Source: the human T2T-CHM13v2.0 reference genome, Homo sapiens
Direction: 5' to 3' (one strand)
DNA: 64,000 bases
Assembly: GCF_009914755.1 (NCBI RefSeq)
Contig: NC_060926.1
A model generated the notes under the pieces. That model saw only the letters and a list, made by a program, of their open reading frames with translations. It was not told the DNA's origin and searched no databases. The translations under genes were made by a program, and so were the position numbers. This document shows, piece by piece, positions 1 through 11,733 of the stretch. The stretch's first letter is position 1. Each line of letters begins with the position of its first letter.

Positions 1-1089
1 CAACCATGTAGCTACCTGGGTTCGTGTGCAGAATAAATCTCCCTTTCCCTTGAATAAGTGGATCTATTTCAACAGTAGCTGACTTACCTATTAATATCTT
101 ACACAAATTTGTCTAGCTCTACTTGTGGCACTTTTGTCAATAGTTTGTTGGATTTACCTTGGTGTATAATGTTCTTTCTACTTGCACTGTATAAAGTAGG
201 GAAAAGGTGGCTTTCTTTCTCCCACCACACAGATATTTGCCAATGACTTTTTTTATTTGTGAGGAGGAGAGGCAAGAGGAGGAGATGTATGTAACCCTGT
301 GGCAAGGGTAGGACACTTGGATTGAGCTCTAGGACCATACATCTTGAAAATTCATCATTGTGCCACTAGAGTAGTGAATTTTTAAGTTTCTCCCATGCTG
401 TTGTTATATATCAAGCTATTTGTGTGTGCCTAGGCAAAAAGGCTAAGCTGGTTAGCAATATAAAATGCTTATTGTAGATGGTAGCCTCTTTTAAAAATCC
501 AACAGTGCAATATATTTCCTTACACACCCACATTCCCGAGTATAAAAAGTATCACTGTGAGGGTTTAAATAACTACCACACTAGCTGAGAGAATTACTTT
601 ATATTCTGATCGGCCTATAAAATGGTAAGAGGTGTTTTTTATTTTTTCTTATGACTAGGACTAATTACAGGATGCACAGACTTTCCATGCTATCATTGGC
701 TTCATTTAAATGAGCTAGATTTTGCTTAGTAGGTGAGTAGTAATCATTACTACAAAAATTGAATAAATTGTTTGATCTTGAGTTAAAAAATCTGTCATAT
801 TAACTGTACTCTTCAAGTTTATTGAAGCTTTTATACCCCTGTGTACACTCTGCTATATGAAGCTCCATTTATGGTTTCTCACAGTTTTCACTCCCCAAAG
901 TGGATATCCACCCACTGATTTGGTTATCAGTCTCAATCCTTGTTAATTATCTCTTTGTTTCCCACTCCTGGGTCCCTTGATGCAAATATATACCTGACTC
1001 TTGTATCGTGTCAGCCCTCATCGTCAGCTTGAACCTTTTGTCTGGTCTTCACATCTAATCAGCCCTTAGATCGGTTGGTTGTGTCACAC

Positions 1090-1745
1090 AGATGCATTTT
1101 ATACTCCCTCTCCCATCTCCTTGGTCCAGGCTCTCACCACTGCTCTCTCAGACTAAAACTGCATTTACCCTATTAACTGACTTCTCTGTCCTGGTCTTTT
1201 TCCCCTCCAGTTTATTTTATGTAATATGACTAAAATAATCTTCCAAAAATAAAAATCTATTATTGTAACTTCCCACCCTGCTGAGGGTAAAATCCAAACC
1301 TCTTACATGGTGTTCTAGGCATTACTGCCTCTCTCCAGCCCCCTTCCTCATGGGTTCTTCCAGAGAACTGCAGGTCTCTGTACTCAGCATGGGGCTCCAG
1401 GCTTCAGAGCCCACAAAGTGTTCATGCTGCCTGAGATCCCCTCCCCACCTTTGTTTTCCTGGTGAACACCTCTTTCTTTTTTGCATCCCATTAAAATGGA
1501 CAGCTTCCCCCCGGTCTCACAATAAATGAGCAAATACCTCTCCCCTCTGTGTTGCCTACTTTCTTAATCTTGTCTCTTATGGCACTTAATTACTGTATTC
1601 TGATTATGTGTTGACATACCTGTTTACTCATGAGACTTTGAACTCCTTGTGCCTGGGTATTCTTAGTCAACTTTGTAATGGCAGAGCCTAGTACAGAATC
1701 TGACACAAGTGTGTGTTTAGTAAACATTTGTTTAATTGGTTTAGT
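1090..1745 (+). mobile_element. L2 LINE 3' remnant
   Basis: Ends in an L2-type terminus (agagcctagtacagaatctgacacaag...gtaaacatttgtttaattgg), with degraded L2 body upstream. Confidence 0.6.
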
Positions 1746-1831
1746 TCTCTTCTAAATGTTTTCTATATTGGCAAATTGGTTACTAAGAGGATTAGAAGAT
1801 TGGATCTTGGGTGCCTCTATGATGTGTTCTT

Positions 1832-2095
1832 GTCTGATTAGCTCAATTAAGAGTACAGTGTTAATGAGGCCAAGGTCTTAACTTTCAATTCCATGTGGAA
1901 CAATTTGTACCTCGACTGTCAGTAACTTCAATGAGTTGCATGGTAAGTTGCCTGGTATCATTGGTTCCAAGGCAAATGCAGAGAGAGGATGATTAAGCTC
2001 AAGGCAAATCCATCTCAACTATTAGACAAATGGAATTAAATATACTCCTTATTGATGTGAAAAGCATGACTTCATACTTCAGTGTGAAATGAGCA
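1832..2095 (+). mobile_element. MamSINE1-like tRNA-derived ancient SINE
   Basis: tRNA-Ile-like head (gattagctcaattaagagtacagtgttaatgaggccaaggtc...ttcaattcc) followed by cattggttccaagg...gcaaatccatctcaactatt, resembling the MamSINE1 body as I recall it. Confidence 0.6.
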
Positions 2096-2297
2096 CCTTG
2101 TTTGGTCCACAGCACTTGTCCATGTGCACTGATGTACTTGACTTAAAGGGCTCTTTGCTGCAATAGAGGTGGCAGAAATACCACCTGGTCATCAGAGTTT
2201 TGCAATAAAAACAGTAATTGTCCATTCACAGATCTTTAGGATGGCCAGTCTCTAAGCCTCTTGTCTACCCACCTGCCTCTCCGTGTCTGTCTTCCAG

Positions 2298-2464
2298 GTG
2301 AGACGATGCGGATCGCCTCCTCCGAGTTTGCAGATGACCCTTGCTCGTCGGTAAAGCGCGGCACCATGGTACGGGCGGCAAGGGCTTTGCTCTCCGCGGT
2401 GACACGCTTACTCATCCTGGCGGACATGGCAGATGTCATGAGACTTTTATCCCATCTGAAAATT
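2298..2464 (+). CDS. CTNNA2: Alpha-N-catenin (catenin alpha-2) internal coding exon (exon 4, 167 nt, phase 1 to 0)
   Basis: Acceptor tgtctgtcttccag|GT and donor ATT|gtacgt. Translates (G)ETMRIASSEFADDPCSSVKRGTMVRAARALLSAVTRLLILADMADVMRLLSHLKI, the alpha-catenin N-terminal domain as in CTNNA2. Confidence 0.97.
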
Positions 2465-4828
2465 GTACGTATGTAGAACTTATCAAAACTTTCTTTATGT
2501 GAGTGGCAATCTTGACCGTGTGTATTACAGCTCTGGCCTCTACTCTAGATGTTTCATTGCTCACCAGATCAGTTCATTACCTACCCATGTGGTGCCCACG
2601 TCCAATTTTTTCTAATAATAAAATTATATTCAATAATATAGTCAAAGAGTTTTGTAAGACTCACTTGAATTATTATTTTTTTTCCTAAAAACTGAGAGTT
2701 TAGATTTCTCCTTACTTCCTGGAATGTGTAACAGTACATTCTTTTAGTCTACAGAGCCTGGACAGGGTGGACCTGCCTTTGTTCTATCTCAAGATTCGGA
2801 GCAATCTTGGTCCATGTGATAGTTCAGGTTGGGGTCAGCTCTGCTGAGCAGCTGACCACCTGTGCCCACCTTAGTGTGGATTACATGTTGAATATATTTT
2901 GCTATCTACTCTAGCCTTGCTCTCCTGTAGATATATGGATTTTGAATCATATATTGGCAATAAAAAGGGGCCCCATCCACAATTCCCGTGGCTAAAGTCA
3001 ATCTTGTTTCACCAAGCCTGGCATCTAACATACCTGGATTGGTTCTCTGGGTGGGCACATACTTGTCCCACTAACCCATAGAACACCATTCTATGTGCCT
3101 TGCTTTTCATGGTTTCTTTTAATTCTTTTGTTTCCTAATAGAGGTGAAGCCCTGTTCTCATCACAAACTTTAATGGAATAGTGATTAAGGCTACCTCCCC
3201 AGTCCTTGACTACGGGTCGTTTTTCCATTTTTCTGCTTGCTGATTGGTATCTAGTTGCAACAAGGATGGTTCAACACTTTAACAAAGATGATGTAACTTA
3301 GCTGCTTGGGAATATGGCCTCTGCTTAGAGAATCCCTACTCCATACCCTCAGTGAAATATGATTCCTGAACAATTGGCACCAACTCTGGACTGATCGCAG
3401 GGTACTTAGATGATGAGATGCAAACCACATTTTCCTTTTTGGAGAACCAACCAATTGCTCGCTTGGTTACCCCTGCTGTCCTGGGCATTCCTGGATTATC
3501 ATGTTTCCTATCAGCCAATCTTCCTGTCTTATTTTCTTTATCAGTGAAAGCAGGTTATGAGGAGGGACCAGGGGAGATAGGAAATGAATAACGAGAGCGT
3601 GCTCTCACCTCACCATTGAGCTCAGATTTGTTCGGTAGGAGGAATCATCAAGAAATTACTTAAATCATAACTATTCTCTGTCAAAAAACCTTGGGCAGGA
3701 TCTTTTACCGAAGGTGGCCCCAATAAAGTAGCCAAGATTTCCAAATTATGTATAAATTCTGGAAAAATATGAAAGGCCTCAAATTCCAACACCTGCAGCC
3801 TGAGCTCCGAGGTCATAAACATAAAGGTAGTGTATCTGTTTAGGGCTTCTATACAGGTCCCTGAGCAGCAGGGGACACCAAGAAACTGCTTGGAAGTTTT
3901 TTTATTTTTATTTTTTTTTTTTCCTCTCCTCCTTAGGAATGTTTCAGGGAATGGGTTCTGAAAGGCCAGGAAAGGCTCTTGAAATTGGATAAGCTGAGCA
4001 ATTTGAGGAGAGTCTTTACCTGTTTCAGAGGCTGGTGAAGGGCAGTACAGTACTATAATTAACCATTTAGCTGCTGGAGTCAGAGTAACTGGGTTTCATC
4101 TTGGTTTGGTATCTACTTGCCATCTGTCTGGTAACCTACCAGATAAATCTCAGATATCTCATCTGTTAAAGTGGGGCTAATGGCAGTGGAGCCCTCAGGG
4201 TGGTGGGGAGGTTTGAATGGGGACGATTCCTGTGGAGCACTTATCCCAGAGAATGGCACAAAGTGAGTGTCCTGTCAGTGGCAGCTGAATAGGGAGTGTA
4301 AGATCACTGGAACCACTTGTAGGCTGCCACACTGGCTGCCATTCCTCCAGTCTGTCTCTGTTATATCCATCTTTTCAGTTACACAAAACTTCCTTCTCAA
4401 GCATGTTGGAAGAAAGGTTGTGTTATCTTTCCCTTACAGCCTAGTTAGTCTCCGAAGGCGATATTTTTAGATAAGTCTTTCCACAGAAGGACAATCTTCC
4501 TTTACCCCAGCAAGGAAATAATACGACTGAACCTAACAAAATTAACCTTACATCTCATATGTCATTGTTTGCTGTGTTGTGGAAGGCCCTGTCAGCAACT
4601 GTCAGGGAGTGATGATGGGCTGAATATCCTTGCTGAACTGCCTACACTCCACACTCGAGAAGTGTGATAAATCCAGGGCGATGATGCCATGTGTGGTACC
4701 AGTTGCCTCCTGCAGTCCTGCCTCTCATCCCACCTGTTTTGACCAGTGCTGTTGGCTCATCAGATCACAGAAGCCTGCTGTAATGGGGAGTCAATTGCAA
4801 TCTCTTCTCCACACAGCTGAGTAAGGGA

Positions 4829-4830
<2 letters not shown>

Positions 4831-4860
<30 letters not shown>
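4831..4860 (+). repeat. poly(T)30 mononucleotide tract
   Basis: 30 uninterrupted T with no adjacent Alu or L1 body. Confidence 0.95.
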
Positions 4861-4863
<3 letters not shown>

Positions 4864-7129
4864 GATTTAGCACAAAATCATGGAAAGGTCAACCTGGCAA
4901 TATTAAGTAGTCCTGTCAGACTGTCAGTAGTAAAATTAAAAATGATTGTAGACTAAATAACACATTTGTTCTACTTAGAGTGCAGTGTCTGTAGCAAACA
5001 GCTGTGGTGGAATGTTGCTATCTTGTGGAGCAAGTGAGGAACTACAGTTTCTGGTGCCATCTGGTGTTTTCTCTCATGAACTATTGCCCCTACCCCCTAA
5101 AAGACAATACGTCAATAATTCATTGCAAACAAACATAGCACATAGTTCTACTCAGTAGTAGGGAGTATATCAGTTCTTTTGCGCAGAAGCATATCTTCTC
5201 AGGACGGATAAAGTAACGTATTGTCTGCAAGCTTCTATTTATTTGTTTTTCTGTAACTCAGGATGAAGAACATGTCAAATAGCTTTACATATTTTGATGA
5301 AGCAAGTTAGAAAATATTTACACCTTTCTCAAGGATTTTTTTAAATAAACAATGAGTTTCTTTACCACCTGGATGATAAAACATAGATGAGAAAGAAAAG
5401 AGTGACAGTTGCTTTCTAAGAAGAGTAAAGTAGTGACTCTGGTTTTCTAGTTGGGTTCAGATTGAGTAATACCCTGTAGTGAGACTACAGCCTCCTGCTG
5501 TGTTAACTGCTACATATCTCTTTTACCTTTAAGTGTTACACATAGTATTCTACTTTTTATCTTTCAGGCCATATGTCAAAATTTTATTTGTGTTCTTTCC
5601 AGATGTTAATTTTTCTCATCTCTGAGTAACTCAGAGGAACAAAGAGAGAATTACCTTTTTCTGCAGCAACTTATATTCATGTTTTTTCATCAGCAGTTCG
5701 CCAGGTTGATGAAGAATAGTCACTTGAGTAATCACAGGCAAATGTCGTTCAGCCTCTAAAAATGAGTAAAGGATTAGGAGCCCTGCTGAGGTCGTGTGGT
5801 TTGGCAGTGTGCAGGTCTTTGCATTTTGCTACTTGATAATTATGTTTAGGAACTTAAATTTATATGGCAACTGAGAAGTTCTTCTCAGATAACACATAGG
5901 TATCTTAGTTGCTCAAGTTATGCTACTTGTTCTATCATGCAAGTATTTGTGGTACTTTAATATTGAGTTCTCTTTGAGTATATATTAAAGATTCACATGA
6001 CTGCAAAAGGTTTTTGCTGCTGCTGTTACTTTAAATTCAGGAGGATAGAGATAGAACAGTGGGTGACTTAGAGTTCTAGTGCCCAGTTAGCACCCAAGTG
6101 AGAATTTAGTGTTCCTGAGTAAAGCTAAAGTAATCATTTACATTTCAGACACCATTTAAAAATACTGAATTATAATCAATTTTATTGTTGAAGTTGCTGA
6201 CAAATGATTTCCTAGCCAGATACCTGGAATATCCTGCAATCAGTTCACATTGTCAGTGTGTTAAGTTGATATGTGGCATCCGGAATTTTAAAGGAATCCT
6301 GCATGTCAATCAGTGATCATGAAGAGGGACATTTATATTCCCTAGGCTCTGAACTAGTGTAATCAGATTATATTGTCAATTATTAGCATGAGCGATAGCA
6401 GGACACATAAACTCATGTAGATGTGTATGTCAGAGGAAACAATCACCTTTCTATCCTCAGGCTAGATCCTGGGATAATAATGTTCTTGATTATTTGATAA
6501 TTTCTCTCTAGAAAATGGAATAGCAAGATACAAAATAGCAACCCTTAGTCAGCTTCTCCAGAAGTCAAGTTTCCTTAGTGGCTACCAAGGGCCAAATATA
6601 GTGCTGCTGTTCTAATGTGGGGGTGGGGGGCATTGATGAGACATGATGATCTTAACATTAACTGTGACTTTGTGAGTTTTGCATCAAACAGCCTCATGCA
6701 GCCTCAGTAGTGTATTATTTCTCAAGTCTACTTTTTAGTCCTGAAGTTCTAATGTGGCTCTTGTGTTTGAATAACAGTAGTCAATTGGTATCATAAAATA
6801 GCCTTGCCTCTCATTATAACTGCAGAAAATATGGCCCAGGTTTTTAGCATATCTTTTCTGTCATAGCTATCACAGTATTACCTTCCTGCAGCTGCATTGT
6901 TCATGATTTATTTATTTATTCAGTTATACACTTAAGAACTATTTATTAGGTGCTGACCATATGCAAAACACTGTGCCAAGATGTATTATTTTAAGGGTGA
7001 ATAAGACTAGGCTCCTGCCTTCAAAACCTTACAGGCTACTGGGGAGACATTAGGACATTAGCATAGAGTGCAATGCATGTTAGGAAAGGGTGCATATTGC
7101 TGTAGTCTCACCCAGATGGAAAATATAAT

Positions 7130-7600
7130 TATGATGCTTTCTTTCATAAATAACAGAAAACCTAATTCTACCTAGTTTTTTAAAAAGGGAATATTTTGGC
7201 TCACCAAATTAAAAGTCCAGAGGTAATAGCTTCAGGCAAGGCTTGATCAAGGTGCAAAAGCATGACAAAACCAGGTTTTTCTTTCTTTCTCCTCCTTACT
7301 GAGGACTCTGTTCTCTGTAGCCCCTGATAGGAGGCCTCATAGTCTCAAAGTGCTTGCCAACCGTTTTGAAGGTTGCATGATCCTAGACTAAAGATAGCAC
7401 AAAAGAGGAAATTCTCTTTCCTGGTAGCTCAAACAAACAAACAACAAAAAAAAGTTCTACAATCTTATTAGGCACAATTGGCCTCTCAGTCATGTGCATA
7501 TCTCTGAGTTAATTATTTAGATGGATAACAGAATATGCTAATTTCTTAGTTAACATGGTCAGGACTCCTGCTCTTTGCTCACCCCAAGCTGGAAATGGGA
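7130..7600. mobile_element. Old MLT1 (ERVL-MaLR) LTR remnant
   Basis: aataacagaaaacctaatt...aaaagtccagaggta...gcttcaggcaaggcttgatc resembles the MLT1J/K/L class. Confidence 0.45.
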
Positions 7601-7859
7601 TCAGTTTAACCATATTGTATGGCTGCACAATTTAGGACAATAAGAGAAAGGATGATGTGGTTGGGAGAGGGAGGTCTCAAGATTGGGTCTCATTGAACTA
7701 AATGAGGTTTGCCTCTCCTCGAACCTATCGCTGGGCCTAGATTCAATAAGTCGGAGTCTCAAGTCCAAGCTGGGGGCTGAAAGTTGGGGATAAGTGGAAA
7801 GAGTTGGCCCCATCACAGAGTTGAGGGATGAATCATTCTGTCCAATGATGACAACACAA

Positions 7860-8460
7860 CCACTCAGTCATTTAAACAGGGAACATTTAAATAATTCTTA
7901 ACACTAATAGCAGTTTGGAATAACAAGGGATTAGCTCATAAGAAATGACAAGAACTCTTAAGGAATATGGGAATGGCAGATATGAGGAGAAGCTGCTACC
8001 CCTGGGGCTGGCATAGGGCACTCTAGGGAGGACCCCACCCTACCAGGCCTGAGATCCAGATGTTGTTGGAGGGTGTGGCCTTGGGTCACTTGATGACAAA
8101 GGAGTCACTAAGGTGCCACACAATATAATGGAGCTTGCTAGAAATCTGCCCTTTGGATTGTTGAGGAAAGCTGTTCATGGAGGGGTGTCTTGCTGGAGGC
8201 ATTCTGCTACAGAATTGCACAGCGGGGCATACTGAGGGAAGCTGCTGGCCACCTGGTGCTGGAGAAGCTTCCTCTGCTGCAGGAGCCTGTTGAAGGAGCA
8301 CACCAGAACCAGGAACCAAACCCTTTCCTCTGGCAGCGTCTATGCAACACCCTCTACTGACAAAGCTTAACATCAGGCCAACTGGGAAAGGAGTAATATT
8401 TCAGCGGCCCATCCATATTTTCATAGTGTTAGCAGAAAAGGTGAATTTGGATTTGATAGC
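7860..8460. mobile_element. Ancient ERVL-class LTR remnant (family uncertain)
   Basis: GC-elevated block containing ccctctactgacaaagcttaacatc...ctgggaaaggagtaatattt, which I associate with old ERVL LTRs. Confidence 0.35.
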
Positions 8461-9044
8461 CTATGCAGGAAAAGAGCATGTTACTGAAGGAAAATAGGGT
8501 TCTATTACCATAAGAAGGGAGATGATAGATTCAGGTCAGGCAACAGATTTTAACTACAGAAAGAGCTTTACGAACCAAGGAAAGAACAAAGGCATGAGAT
8601 TAAGAGAGGAGTCTTGGAGTGTTTGAAACACCAGTGATTCTATTGTTGGTGCATAGTGGGCAAGGTGGGGAGAGGCAATAACAAAGTTGAACAGAGAGAT
8701 CCAGGTTATGGACAGTCTTGGATAACATGATAATTAGTTTGCACTCTATATATAGGTTATGGGGAGCCACTGAGTAGTACTAATAATTTGATTCAGATTA
8801 GTGATTTAGAAAAATAATTTTGGTAGCAGTGTGGAGAAGGAATTAGAAGAGGAACACATAAAGAGACTGTTGAAATTATCTAGGCCAATGAATGAATGAA
8901 AAGCTGGCTAAGACAATGGCAGTGTTTATTGTGAAAAAGAGGTAGATTTTACAGATACTCAGGATATAGAGGCACAGTGAATAGAACTTGGAGACCAATC
9001 ATATGGGGCAAGGCTTTAGAAACTCACCCTTTCTGAAAAATCAA

Positions 9045-9295
9045 TGCAGCATAGCTCAGAAATTGAGTATGGGCTCTGGAGCAAACTACCTGGGCTCAAA
9101 TCCAGGCTCCTACACTTACTTGCTGTGAGACTTCTGACAGGTTATACAACTCCTCTCCTCCGATTTCAGTCTCTACCGGATAAGCATAGGGAATAAGAAA
9201 ACCATCAAATTCAAAGAACTGTTTTTTGGGACTAAATAAGATAGACGTAAGCCATTTAGAACACTATCTTGTATATCAGAAGAACTCAATGACAC
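9045..9295 (+). mobile_element. MIR SINE
   Basis: gagtatgggctctggagc...cctgggctcaaatccaggctc...acttacttgctgtgagact is a MIR core. Confidence 0.7.
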
Positions 9296-10004
9296 TGGTG
9301 TCATTTTTTTTTGTACAAACTGAAAATAACTTTGGAAATATATAATAAACTAAATTGTTGTGCTTTGTATAACACACTTATACACACATTTGTATAACAC
9401 ACATTGATGCGCTTTAAGCATCAATGACACTAGCATGTAATCATTCTTTGCTTCTGATGAAATCATTTTTTTCTTCCCTTGTTGACAAGGAAAGACACAA
9501 TTTAATCAAGAAGACCAACTTAACTTTATGGGGCAGAAATATAAAGTATGATAATGCTGAGACACCAATGGCCATACCAGAGTATCTGATTAAATAAGTA
9601 CAATAGTTAGATGGCGGGTCTTACATGCATTCATTCTTTCATGCATTTGGCCAACTCCTATTTCCAAGATAGTTATTTTTAAATTTCACTGTAAAAGTAG
9701 ACTGTAACAAGAGATTTACATATGATCCATTAAATAGTTTTGTCAGTGTCACTTAAAATCCAGTCAACTTAGGTAACAATAGTAAACCCTGGAATGGGGT
9801 CAGTCTGTCCAAACAGAAATGATAATCATAACAGCAACGATTTCTAGTAATGGTATAGCCAGCAATTTTCTACAGGGAACCAGAACACACAGTGCAGGCA
9901 GGGATGTATCAGACTCCTCAATTCCACACTATCCCATCCCCAGATGCCGACCTTATGGTAGACTCTGCATAAATATTTAATGAATAAATGAATTATAGGG
10001 CTGC

Positions 10005-10313
<309 letters not shown>

Positions 10314-10793
10314 TGCTTTTTTATGTTGAAGTAAGTAAGTACAGTTTCAACCAGGAAAATTAGACACTGATTTAATGACTATCTCAAACAATATGACACA
10401 GTTCTAGACTAAATAATAGGAGTAGACAGGCTTGCTTTAGGAATGGTGGTACAGGCTATTTTGAACAGGCCTGCGAAAAGGCCAAGATTTTAAGAGTTGT
10501 AAGTGACAAGTTCTGAAAAGAATTTCTTAACCCACTAAATTGGGAATAAATTTTAGTGTCTTCTCTAGAAGTGTCAGTCTTTTCAGGTTTATCTATGCAC
10601 TGGTTATAAATATTAAGGACAAAAATACGTGGTTTAGCAAAGAGTTCTGGCTTTGGTGTTTATAAGCCCAGCCTGGTCAGCGGGAGAAGAATGCCTGGCT
10701 GTAATGTCCAAGATCATGAGGGCATTTTTAATGGGAAAGGGTATGACAGCTGCCTCTGAGGGATCCCTTTATGTCAGCTCATTAGAAATCATT

Positions 10794-10882
10794 TCCCAAT
10801 CCAGGACATAAGTGTCTTCCAAACCTCCCCCTTATCAAAGGGCTCAGCCGTTGACACCAGTGTCCTTCTTAGAGCCATCACT
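10794..10882 (-). ncRNA. MIR8080: microRNA precursor hairpin, antisense in CTNNA2 intron 4 (mature sequence 10846-10868)
   Basis: The minus strand of 10846-10868 reads GAAGGACACTGGTGTCAACGGCT, which I recall as hsa-miR-8080. The stem is visible: AGGACACTGGTGTC pairs with GACACTTATGTCCT (two mismatches, one G-U) and encloses the inner hairpin CCCTT-TGAT-AAGGG. Precursor ends are approximate. Confidence 0.75.
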
Positions 10883-11139
10883 AGGCAGCCCACTGCCTGT
10901 ATTCTCTCTGCAGCTTTCTTTCTAGTTCTGCCAGAGCCCCTGTCATCCACAGACTTTCCAAGAGTAAGATAAAAACCTTTATCTTCAAAATTATTAAGGC
11001 ATTTTTCCCCCATGCAGCAAGTTGGTGTCTCTATTTAATGAGCCCCTAATTCTTGCCATACATTTTGCTAAGCAAATGTATGATTTTGCTAATATGTATG
11101 ATTTGATATTTTGCATTTCTTATCTCCTTTAATTCCCAC

Positions 11140-11290
11140 AAAATCTGTGCATAGTGTGTAGACATTATTATCCTCATTTTATTAATGAAGACGTGAGGAT
11201 TGGAGAAGTTAAATAGCTTGCCCTGGATCACAGAGCTTGCCAATGACATCGTTGGGGTTCAAATCCAGACCAATCTGACCTCATAGCCCT
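11140..11290 (-). mobile_element. MIR SINE
   Basis: attattatcctcattttattaatgaagacgtgagg...agaagttaaatagcttgcccc...ttcaaatccag. Confidence 0.7.
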
Positions 11291-11629
11291 CCTCACACAG
11301 TTGTACTTAACATTCTTCATGGTGGGGCCCAGACAGGTGTATCTTGGTTAAAGTGTCCCAGGGTTTTCTTCTGTATCTTCTGCTCTTTGTTCAACTCGCA
11401 GTCCTGAACTCCTCCATGAACAGTAAATGTTTGAGAGCAAGGTATTTGTTTGGGCCATAGGAGTCACTTTCCTTTCTCTAGCTGCCCAGAAAGGACAAAA
11501 GATCCTTGACTGTTCAAAATCCTTGACTGTTCAAAAATAAAGACTTAATTTTTATATTAATTTTGAATTGTCAATATTGTCTGTTCACTAAACTTATTTT
11601 TTCTTCTTTTTCTACGTCCCTTCAATATT

Positions 11630-11733
11630 CTATCTATCTATCTGTCTATCTATCAATCATCCATCAATCATCTATCTAATCTATCTGTCTATCTATCCTA
11701 TCCATCCATCCATCTCCATCTCTCATCTATCTA
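11630..11733. repeat. Compound (TCTA/TCCA/ATCA)n microsatellite
   Basis: Degenerate tetranucleotide array seen directly. Confidence 0.9.

Noticed and set aside
1832-1905. tRNA-Ile-like sequence
   Set aside because: The cloverleaf and B box are degraded. It is better explained as a SINE head than a tRNA gene.
2700-3500. Possible very old retroelement internal sequence (also 1-360 and 28900-29600)
   Set aside because: Only a compositional impression, with no motif I can assign without an HMM search.
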